Source: Azolla caroliniana (Eukaryota; Plantae; Polypodiophyta). Taken from it: 64,000 nucleotides of DNA. The notes beneath the pieces are model-generated. The model did no database searches. It was not told where the DNA came from and saw nothing but the letters and a program-made list of their open reading frames with translations. Each line of letters opens with the position of its first letter. Within the stretch, counting starts at the first letter, position 1. Of the stretch, positions 43,801-54,654 are shown in pieces. The translations under genes were made by a program, and so were the position numbers. The stretch is from the NCBI GenBank assembly GCA_043228905.1, contig JBHGNT010000111.1, positions 18,133 to 82,132 of the forward strand, in the 5' to 3' direction.

Positions 43801-46800
43801 CAGGTATGAACATTTTAATTTACTCACGCGCTCTTCTCAACTCCCTCCTCAAATTTGCTAATTTCGTCATGTCTCTCGACCTGAGTTTCAAAATCTTGAT
43901 TTTCTGAATCCATATCATAGCTAGTGTTGTTAGCTTCGATTCTCAACTCCCTCCTCAAATTTGCTAATTTCGTGGTGTCTCTCCACCTGAGTTTTAAAAT
44001 CTTGATTTTTTAATTCCATATCATAGTTAGGGTTGTTAGCTTCGATTCACATGTTTGAACAGTAAAATCCGATATCACACGAGCCAGGTATGAACATTTT
44101 AATTTACCCACGCGCTCTTCTCCACTACGTCCTCAAATATGCAAATTTCATCATGTCTCTGAACCTGAGTTTCAAAATCTTGATTTTTTAAGTCGATATC
44201 ATAACTAGCGTTGTTAGCCTCGATTCGCACGATTGAACACTAAAATCCGATATCACACAAGCCAGGGATGAACATTTTAATTTACTCACGGGCTCTTCTC
44301 AACTCCCTCCTCAAATTTGCTAATTTCGTCATGTATCTCCACCTGAGTTTTAAAATCTTGATTTTTTAATTCCATATCATAGTTAGGGTTGTTAGCTTCA
44401 ATCCGCATGTTTGAACACTAAAATCCGATATCACACGAGCCAGGTATGAACATTTTCATCTACCCACGTGCTCTTCTCAACTCCCTCCTCAAATTTGCTA
44501 ATTTCGTCATGTCTCTCGACCTCAGTTTCAAAATCAATATTTTCTAAATCCATATCATAGCTAGCGTTGTTATCTTCGATTCGCATGGTTGAACACAAAA
44601 ATCCCATTTCACACGAGCCAGGTATGAACATTTTAATTTACTCACGCGCTTTTCTCAACTCCCTCCTCATATTTGCTAATTTCGTCATGTCTCTCGACCT
44701 GAGTTTCAAAATCTTGATTTTTTAATTCCATATCATAGATAGCATTGTTAGCTTTCATTCCCATGATTGAACACTAAAATCCGATATCACACGGGCTGGG
44801 TATGAAGATTTTAATTTACTCACACGCTCTTCTCAACTCCCTCTTCAAATTTATTAATTTCGTCATGTCTCTAGACCTGAGTTTCAAAATCTTGATTTTT
44901 TTATTCCATATCATAGCTAGCGTTGTTAGCCTCGATTCGCATGTTTGAACACTAAAATCCGATATCAGACGAGCCAGGTATGAACATTTTAATCTACCCA
45001 CGTGCTCTTCTCAACTCCCTCCTCAAATTTGCTAATTTCGTCATGTCTCTAGACCTGAGTTTGAAAATCCATATTTTCTAAATCCATATCATAGCTAGCG
45101 TTGTTAGCTTCGATTCGCATGGTTGAACAGAGAAATCCCATATCACACGAGCCAGGTATGAACATTTTAATTTACTCACGCGCTCTTCTCAACTCCCTCC
45201 TCAAATTTGCTAATTTTGTCATGTCTCTCGACCTGAGTTTCAAAATCTTGATTTTCTGAATCCATATCATAGCTAGCGTTGTTAGCTTCGATTCTCAACT
45301 CCCTCCTCAAATTTGCTAATTTCGTGATGTCTCTCCACCTGAGTTTTAAAATCTTGATTTTTTAATTCCATATCATAGTTAGGGTTGTTAGCTTCGATTT
45401 GCATGTTTGAACACTAAAATCCGATATCACACGAGCCAGGTATGAACATTTTAATTTACCCACGCGCTCTTCTCCACTACCTCCTCAACTATGCAAATTT
45501 CATCATGTCTCTGAACCTGAGTTTCAAAATCTTGATTTTTTAATTCGATATCATAGCTAGCGTTGTTAGCTTTGATTCGCATGTTTGAACACAAAAATCC
45601 GATATCACACGAGCCAGGTATGAACATTTTCATTTACTCACAGGCTCTTCTCAACTCCCTCCTCAAATTTATTAATATTTTCATGTCTCTCGACCTGAGT
45701 TTCAAAATCTTGATTTTTTGATTCTATATCATAGCTAGCGTTGTTAGCCTCGATTCGCATGTTTGAACACTAAAATCCGATATCACACGAGCCAGGTATG
45801 AACATTTTAATTTACCCACGCGCTCTTCTCAACTCCCTCCTCAAATTTGCTAATTTCGTCATGTCTCTCTACCTGAGTTTCAAAATCTAGATTTTCTCAA
45901 TCCATATCATAGCTAGCGTTGTTAGCTTCGATTCGCATGATTGAACACAAAAATCCGATATCACACGGGCTAGGTATGAACATTTTAATTTACCCACACG
46001 CTCTTCTCAACTCCCTCCTCAAATTTGATAATTTCGTGATGTCTCTCGACCTGAGTTTTAAAATCTTGATAATTTCGTCAGCCTATATCAAAGCTAGTGT
46101 TATTAGCTTCGATTCACATCTTTGAACACAAAAATCTGATATCACACAAGCTAAGTATGAACATTTTCATTTCCGAACGACCTCTTCTCAAATCCCTCCT
46201 CAAATTTGATAATTTCGTGATGTCTCTCGACCTGAGTTTTAAAATCTTGATAATTTCGTCAGCCTATATCAAAGCTAGTGTTATTAGCTTCGATTCACAT
46301 CTTTGAACACAAAAATCTGATATCACACGAGCCAGGTATGAACATTTTAATTTATTCACGCGCTCTTCTCAACTCCCTCCTCAAATTTGGTAATTTCTTC
46401 ATGTCTCTCGACGTGAGTTTCAACATCTTGATTTTTTGATTCTATATCATAGCTAGCGTTGTTAGCCTCGATTCGCATGATTGAACACTAAAATCCGATA
46501 TCACACGAGCCAGGGATGAACATTTTAATTTACTCACGGGCTCTTCTCAACTCCCTCCTTATTTTTGTTAACTTCGTCGCTTCTCTCTACCTGAGTTTCA
46601 AAATCTAGATTCTCTCAATCCATATCATAGCTAGCGTTGTTAGCTTCGATTCGCATGATTCAACACAAAAATCCGATATCACACGAGCCAGGTATGAACA
46701 TTTTAATTTACTCACGGGCTCTTCTCAACTCCCTCCTCAAATTTGCTAACTTCGTCATGTCTCTCCACCTGAAATTCAAAATCTTGATTTTTTAATTCCA

Positions 46801-49800
46801 TATCATAGTTAGGATTGTTAGCTTCAATCCGCATGTTTGAACACTAAAATCCGATATCACACGGGCGAGGTATGAACATTTTAATCTACCCACGCGCTCT
46901 TCTCAACTCCCTCCTCAAATTTGCTAATTTCGTCATGTCTCTCTACCTGAGTTTCAAAATCTAGATTTCCTCAATCCATATCATAGCTAGCGTTGTTAGC
47001 TTCGATTTGCTTGGTTGAACACAAAAATCCCATTTCACACGAGCAAGGTATGAACATTTTAAGTTACCCACACGCTCTTCTTAACTCCCTCCTCAAATTT
47101 GCTAATTTTGTCATGTCTCTCGACCTGAGTTTCAAAATCTTGATTTTCTCAATCCATATCATAGCTACCGTCGTGACCTTCGATTCGCATGTTTGAACAC
47201 AAAAAACGGATATCACACAAGCCAAGTATGAACATTTTAATTTACCCACACGCTCTTCTCAACACCCTCCTGAAATTTGCTAATTTCGTCATGTCTCTCG
47301 ACGAGAGTTTCAACATCTTGATTTTTTGATTCTATATCATAGCTAGTGTTGTTAGCTTCCATTCGCATGTTTGAAACTAAAATCCGATATCACACGACCC
47401 AGGTATGAACATTTTAATTTACTCACGCGCTCTTCCCAACTCCGTCCTCAAATTTGATAATTTCGTCATGTCTCTTGACCTGAGTTTCAAAATCTTGATT
47501 TTTGAATTCCATATCATAGCTAGCGTTGTTAGCCTCGATTCGCATGATTGAACACTAAAATCCGATATCACACGAGCCAGGGATGAACATTTTAATTTAC
47601 TCACGGGCTCTTCTCAACTCCCTCCTCAAATTTGCTAACTTCGTCATGTCTCTCCACCTGAGTTTCAAAATCATGATTTTTTAATTCCATATCATAGTTA
47701 GGGTTGTTAGCTTCGATCCGCATGTTTGAACACTAAAATCCGATATCACACGAGCAAGGTATGAACATTTTAATTTACTCACACGCTCTTCTCAACTCCC
47801 TCCTTAAATTTGCTAATTTCGTCATGTCTCTCGACGTGAGTTTCAAAAGCTGGATTTTTTAATTCTATATCATAGCTAGCGTTGTTAGCTTCGATTCGCA
47901 TGATTGAACATAAAAATCCGATATCACACGAGCTAGGGATGAACATTTTAATTTACTCACGGGCTCTTCTCAACTCCCTCCTTATTTTTGCTAATTTCAT
48001 CATGTCTCTAGACCTGAGTTTTAAAATCATGATTTTTTAATTCCATATCATAGCTAGCGTTTTTAGCTTCCATTAGCATGATTGAACTCCCTCCTGAAAT
48101 TTGCTAATTTCGTCATGTCTCTCGACCTGAGTTTCAAAACCTTGATTTTTTAATTCTATATCATAGCTAGCGTTGTTAGCCTCGATTCGCATGTTTGAAC
48201 ACAAAAATCCAATATCACACGAGCCAGGTATGAACATTGTCATTTCCGAACCGGCTCTTCTCAACACCCTCCTGAAATTTGCTAATTTCGTCATGTCTCT
48301 CGACCTGAGTTTCAAAACCTTGATTTTTTAATTCTATATCATAGCTAGCATTGTTATCCTCGATTCGAATTTTTGAACACAAAAATCTGATATCACACGA
48401 GCCGCGTATGAACATTTTCATTTCCGAACGGCCTCTTCTCAACTCCCTCCTCAAATTTGCTAATTTCGTCATGTCTCTCGACCTGAGTTTCAAAATCTTG
48501 ATTTTTTAATTCCATATCATACCTAGCGTTGTTAGCCTCGATTCGCATAGTTGAACACAAAAATCCAATATCACACTAGCCAGGAATGAACATTTTCATT
48601 TGCAAACGGGCTCTTCTCAACACCCTCTTGAAATTTGCTTATTTCGTCATGTCTCTCGACCTGAGTTTCAAAACCTTGATTTTTTAATTCTATATCATAG
48701 CTAGCGTTGTTAGCCTCGATTCGCATGTTTGAACACAAAAATCCGATATCACACGAGCCGAGTATGAACATTTTCATTTCCATACGGCCTCTTCTCAACT
48801 CCGTCCTCAAAATTGATAATTTCGTCATGTCTCTCGACGTGAGTTTCAAAATCATGATTTTTTAATTCCATATCATACCTAGCGTTGTTAGCCTCGATAC
48901 GCATTATTAAACACTGAAATCCGATATCACACGAGCCAGGTATGAACATTTTAATTTACTCACGCGCTCTTCCCAACTCCGTCCTCAAAATTGATAATTT
49001 CGTCATGTCTCTCGACCTGAGTTTCCAAATCTTGATTTCTTCATTCCATATCATAGCTAGCGTTGTTAGCCTCGATTCGCATGATTGAACACTAAAATCC
49101 GATATCACACGAGCCAGGGATGAACATTTTAATTTACTCACGGGCTCTTCTCAACTCCCTCCTCAAATTTGCTAATTTCGTCATGTCTCTCGACCTGAGT
49201 TTCAAAATCTTGTTTTCTCAATCCATATCATAGCTACCGTTGCTACCTTCGATTCGCATGTTTGAACACAAAAAAGGGATATCACACGAGCCAGGTATGA
49301 ACATTTTAATTTACCCACACGCTCTTCTCAACACCCTCCTGAAATTTGCTAATTTCGTCATGTCTCTCGACGAGAGTTTCAACATCTTGATTTTTTGATT
49401 CTATATCATAGCTAGTGTTGGTAGCTTCCATTCGCATGTTTGAAACTAAAATCCGATATCACACGAGCCAGTTATGAACATTTTAATTTACTCACGCGCT
49501 CTTCCCAACTCCGTCCTCAAATTTGATAATTTCGTCATGTCTCTTGACCTGAGTTTCAAAATCTTGATTTTTGAATTCCATATCATAGCTAGCGTTGTTA
49601 GCCTCGATTCGCATGATTGAACACTAAAATCCGATATCACAAGAGCCAGGGATGAACATTTTAATTTACTCACGGGCTCTTCTCAACTCCCTCCTCAAAT
49701 TTGCTAACTTCGTCATGTCTCTCCACCTGAGTTTCAAAATCATGATTTTTTAATTCCATATCATAGTTAGGGTTGTTAGCTTCGATCCGCATGTTTGAAC

Positions 49801-52800
49801 ACTAAAATCCGATATCACACGAGCAAGGTATGAACATTTTAATTTACTCACACGCTCTTCTCAAATCCCTCCTCAAATTTGCTAATTTCGTCATGTCTCT
49901 CGACGTGAGTTTCAAAATCTAGATTTCCTCAATCCATATCATAGCTAGCGTTGTTAGCTTCGATTCGCATGATTGAACATAAAAATCCGATATCACACGA
50001 GCTAGGGATGAACATTTTAATTTACTCACGGGCTCTTCTCAACTCCCTCCTTATTTTTGCTAATTTCATCATGTCTCTAGACCTGAGTTTCAAAATCCAT
50101 ATTTTCTAAATCCATATCATAGTTAGCGTTGTTAGCTTCGATTCGCATGGTCGAACACAAAAATCCCATATCACACGAGCCAAGTATGAACATTTTAATT
50201 TTCTCACGGGCTCTTCTCAACTCCCTCCTCAAATTTGCTAATTTCGTCATGTCTCTCGACCTGAGTTTTAAAATCATGATTTTTTAATTCCATATCATAG
50301 CTAGCGTTTTTAGCTTCCATTAGCATGATTGAACACGAGCCAGGTAATTTCTTCATGTCTCTCGACGTGAGTTTCAACATCTTGATTTTTTGATTCTATA
50401 TCATAGCTACTATTGTTAGCTTCCATTCGCATGTTTGAAACTAAAATCCGATATCACACGAGCCAGTTATGAACATTTTAATTTACTCACGCGCTGTTCC
50501 CAACTCCGTCCTCAAATTTGATAATTTCGTCATGTCTCTTGACCTGAGTTTCAAAATCTTGATTTTTGAATTCCATATCATAGCTAGCGTTGTTAGCCTC
50601 GATTCGCATGATTGAACACTAAAATCCGATATCACACGAGCCAGGGATGAACATTTTAATTTACTCACGGGCTCTTCTCAACTCCCTCCTCAAATTTGCT
50701 AACTTCGTCATGTCTCTCCACCTGAGTTTCAAAATCATGATTTTTTAATTCCATATCATAGTTAGGGTTGTTAACTTCAATCCGCATGTTTGAACACAAA
50801 AATCCGATATCACACGGGCCAGGTATGAACATTTTAATCTACCCACGCGCTCTTCTCAACTCCCTCCTCAAATTTGCTAATTTCGTCATGTCTCTCTACC
50901 TGAGTTTCAAAATCTAGATTTCCTCAATCCATATCATAGCTAGCGTTGTTAGCTTCGATTCGCATAGTTGAACACAAAAATCCCATTTCACACGAGCAAG
51001 GTATGAACATTTTAATTTACTCACGCGCTCTTCTCAACTCCCTCCTCAAATTTGGTAATTTCTTCATGTCTCTCGACGTGATTTTCAACATCTTGATTTT
51101 TTGATTCCATATCATAGCTAGCGTTGTTAGCTTCGATCGCATGTTTGAACACAAAAATCCAATATCACACGAGCCAGGTATGAACATTTTCATTTCCGAA
51201 CGGGCTCTTCTCAACACCCTCCTGAAATTTGCTAATTTCGTCATGTCTCTCGACCTGAGTTTCAAAACCTTGATTTTTTAATTGTATATCATAGCTAGCG
51301 TTGTTAGCCTCGATTCGCATGTTTGAACACAAAAATCCAATATCACACGAGCCAGGTATGAACATTTTCATTTCCGAACCGGCTCTTCTCAACTCCCTCC
51401 TCAAATTTGCTAATTTCGTCATGTGTTTCGAGCTGAGTTTCAAAATCTTCATTTTTTAATTCCATATCATAGCTAGCGTTGTTACCTTCGATTCGCATGA
51501 TTGAACACTAAAATTCGATATCACACGGGCTAGGTATGAAGATTTTAATTTACTCACGCGCTCTTCTCAACTCCCTCCTCAAATTTACTAATTTCGTCAT
51601 GTCCCTTGACGTGAGTTTCAAAATCTTTATTTTTTTATTCTATATCATACCTAGCGTTGTTAGCCTCGATTCGCATGTTTGAACATTAAGATCCGATATC
51701 ACACGAGAAGGTGATGAACATTTTAGTTTAGTCACGGCCTCTTCTCAACTCCCTCCTCATTTTTCCTAATTTCATCATGTCTCTCGTCCTGAGTTTCAAA
51801 ATCTTGATTTTTTAATTCCATATCATAGTTAGGGTTGTTAGCTTCAATCCGCATGTTTGAACACTAAAATCCGATATCACACGAGCCAGGTATGAACATT
51901 TTCATCTACCCACGTGCTCTTCTCAACTCCCTCCTCAAATTTGCTAATTTCGTCATGTCTCTCGACCTCAGTTTCAAAATCAATATTTTCTAAATCCATA
52001 TCATAGCTAGCGTTGTTATCTTCGATTCGCATGGTTGAACACAAAAATCACATTTCACACGAGCCAGGTATGAACATTTTAATTTACTCACGCGCTTTTC
52101 TCAACTCCCTCCTCATATTTGCTAATTTCGTCATGTCTCTCGACCTGAGTTTCAAAATCTTGATTTTCTAAATCCATATCATAGCTACCGTTGTTAGCTT
52201 TGATTCGCATGTTTGAACACAAAAATCCAATATCACTCGAGCCAGGTATGAACATTTTCATTTCCGAACGGGCTCTTCTCAACACCCTCCTCAAATTTGC
52301 TAATTTCGTCATGTCTCTCGACCTGAGTTTCAAAATCTTGATTTTTTAATTCTATATCATAGCTAGCGATGTTAGCCTCGATTCGCCTGTTTGAACACAA
52401 AAATCCTATATCACACGAGCCGGGTATGAACATTTTCATTTCCGAACGGCCTCTTCTCAACTCCCTTCTCAAATTTGCTAATTTCGTCATGTCTCTCCAC
52501 CTGAGTTTCGAAATCTTGAGTTTTTAATTCCATATCTTAGTTAGGGTTGTTAGCTTCGATCTGCATGTTTGAACACTAAAATCCGATATCACACGAGCCA
52601 GGTATGAACATTTTAATCTACCCACGCGCTCTTCTCAACTCCCTCCTCAAATTTGCTAATTTCGTCATGTCTCTCCACCTGAGTTTCTTCAATCCATATC
52701 ATAGCTAGCGTTGTTAGCTTCGATTCGCATGGCTGAACACAAAAATCCGATATCACACGAACCAGGTATGAACATTTTATCTTACCCACACGCTCTTCTC

Positions 52801-53398
52801 AACTCCCTCCTCAAATTTGCTAAATTCGTCATGTCTCTCCACCTGAGTTTCAAAGTCTTGATTTTTTAATTCCATATCATAGTTAGGGTTGTTCGCTTCG
52901 ATCCGCATGTTTGAACACTAAAATCTGATATCACACGAGCCAGATATGAACATTTTAATCTACCCACGCGCTCTTCTCAACTCCCTCCTCAAATTTGCCA
53001 ATTTCGTCATGTCTGTCGACCTTCGTTTCAAAATTCATATTTTCTAAATCCATATCATAGCTAGCGTTATTAGCTTCGATTCGCATGTTTGAACACTAAA
53101 ATCCGATATCACACGAGCAAGGTATGAACATTTTAATTTACCCACACGCTCTTCTCAACTCCCTCCTCAAATTTGCTAATTTCGTCATGTCTCTCGACGT
53201 GAGTTTCAAAAGCTAGATTTTTTAATTCTATATCATAGCTAGCGTTGTTAGCTTCGATTCGCATGATTGAACATAAAAATCCGATATCACACGAGCTAGG
53301 GATGAACATTTTAATTTACTCACGGGCTCTTCTCAACTCCCTCCTTATTTTTGCTAATTTCATCATGTCTCTAGACCTGAGTTTCAAAATCCATATTT
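13647..53398 (-). repeat. 178-bp tandem satellite array, reverse-complement arm
   Basis: Same monomer in reverse complement (e.g. TCGATTCGCATGTTTGAACACAAAAATCCGATATCACACGAGCC). ORF-track offsets of 178 are visible (20071/20249, 21123/21301, 34405/34583). The arm ends mid-monomer at CAAAATCCATATTT|GAGAAC. Confidence 0.98.
23660..53398 (-). repeat. Higher-order tandem repeat, unit 14,166 bp (about 80 monomers): two full copies plus a partial third
   Basis: ORF-track entries repeat at a constant +14,166 (23756/37922/52088, 26136/40302, 33907/48073, 36851/51017). Rare indel junctions recur at the same offset, and only a handful of SNVs were seen between copies. Confidence 0.95.
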
Positions 53399-54413
53399 GA
53401 GAACTATGCAATCTTGGAGATATTAAGTGTTGGGTCCTCAAGAAATATCTTTTTGACACTTTGGTGACACCAGTTCTTCTCTATGGGGTGGAAGTATGGG
53501 GCAGTAGCATCCCTAAGTCTATGTGGAAAGAGTTTGAAAATGTCCAAAAGCATTTTCTTACCAAGTTTCTACAAGTTAAGAAACAAACACCCTACACCCT
53601 CCTCCTCCTTGAGACGGGATCGCTTCCCATTGAGATCATGGCCATGGAAAGGGTTGTTGAATACATGCTTAAGGTTCAAAAAAGTCCCTCACATCGACTT
53701 CCTAGAATTGCGTGGGAAGCAAGCAAAAAGATCCAAAAGACGCATAAAAGCAAAATTTTGTGTTCCGGTTGGATGCAAGATATAGAAAAATGGTTTGGTA
53801 GATGGGATGCGAGACACTTGCTTCATGATGCATCATTAGATTCCTCTGTAAATGAGGCATTTTTGCAACGCCAATGTATCATGACATGGGACAAATGTGG
53901 AGGCTCACGCTTCACACATTATACTACACATGTTGCACCTAACTACAAAACCATATTCTTTGCGGAACGGGGAAATCGTACACATCCATACATGTTAGAG
54001 CCCATACCGTTATCTGCCATTCGAACCATTGCTTCCATGCGACTTAGCTCACATGCATTGCGATGTGAAACAGGGCGTTGGGGTACAAGTGATGAGAGTG
54101 GTCGGTTATGCACACTTTGCCCTAAACAAGTTCGCGAGTCTGAGTATCACACTTTGATACAATGCTCTGCCTTTGATCATATTCGACCATGCTTTCCACA
54201 TCTCTTCGATCGAGCCCAATCTTTGCATGAATTCCTCTCACAACCACAATGTGCACTCTCGATTGCAACATTCATTGGTAAAGTTCTTGAACATCGAGAG
54301 TCACTACTCACTTTCACACGTATCACGTGAAATGTAATATTTTTGGTCTCATAGGTCATATTTGATCTCCGAAGACGATAATATAATCTATCTATCTATC
54401 TATCTATCTATCT
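53399..54413 (+). mobile_element. 5'-truncated non-LTR retrotransposon (LINE, RTE/RTE-X-like) with (ATCT)n 3' tail
   Basis: Post-RT motif LFDTLVTPVLLYGVEVW and C-terminal RLSSHALRCETGRW...RLCTLC...ESEYHTLIQC zinc-knuckle region, then a short 3' UTR and a tetranucleotide tail. No endonuclease or RT core is present. The clade is assigned by motif recognition only. Confidence 0.85.
53401..54330 (+). CDS. C-terminal fragment of LINE ORF2 (post-RT region plus CCHC zinc finger), 5'-truncated but uninterrupted
   Basis: The frame is open from 53401 (ELCNLGDIKCWVLKKYLFDTLVTPVLLYG...) to TGA at 54328-54330, with no internal stops. It has no natural start. Confidence 0.8.
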   Translation, partial: ELCNLGDIKCWVLKKYLFDTLVTPVLLYGVEVWGSSIPKSMWKEFENVQKHFLTKFLQVKKQTPYTLLLLETGSLPIEIMAMERVVEYMLKVQKSPSHRLPRIAWEASKKIQKTHKSKILCSGWMQDIEKWFGRWDARHLLHDASLDSSVNEAFLQRQCIMTWDKCGGSRFTHYTTHVAPNYKTIFFAERGNRTHPYMLEPIPLSAIRTIASMRLSSHALRCETGRWGTSDESGRLCTLCPKQVRESEYHTLIQCSAFDHIRPCFPHLFDRAQSLHEFLSQPQCALSIATFIGKVLEHRESLLTFTRIT

Positions 54414-54425
54414 CTCTCTCTCTCT
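54386..54425 (+). repeat. Compound microsatellite: (ATCT)7 followed by (CT)n
   Basis: ATCTATCTATCTATCTATCTATCTATCTCTCTCTCTCTCT, read directly. Confidence 0.95.
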
Positions 54426-54642
54426 TTATACAACAATTATGCACATACAACAATATGTCAACACACACTTCTGTGATTGCCCTAGTTCGTATTTATACTC
54501 ATATGAACTTAGGGCTATTTACAAATATAGGCTCAATAGGCTTACTCAAAACATATTTAACAAATATGTCTTCTCTTCCGGTTCTCATCGGGTCCTCTTC
54601 ATTCCTAACCGGATCCCATCCTGAGGGAACGACTTCCCAACA
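54414..54642 (-). mobile_element. Partial 3' LTR of the Copia element
   Basis: On the minus strand it starts TGTTGGGAAGTCG directly after the PPT, has TATAAATA at 54497-54490 and runs into a (GA)n tract. The distal end is missing and replaced by the LINE. Confidence 0.75.
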
Positions 54643-54654
54643 ATCTCCCCCTTC
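54643..54654 (-). promoter_or_regulatory. Polypurine tract of the Copia element
   Basis: Minus-strand GAAGGGGGAGAT lies between the pol stop codon and the TG start of the LTR. Confidence 0.85.

Noticed and set aside
47-52490. About 100 short ORFs (MFIPGSCDIGFLCSNMRIEANN..., MLASIRM...) as a repeat-protein family
   Set aside because: They are translations of the 178-bp monomer. 178 is not a multiple of 3, the ORFs occur in all frames on both strands, and they are broken at random by monomer variants.
1-53398. Satellite as a CRISPR array or as Arabidopsis CEN178
   Set aside because: There are no unique spacers or cas genes. Only the length matches CEN178; I recognise no sequence similarity, though no alignment was run.
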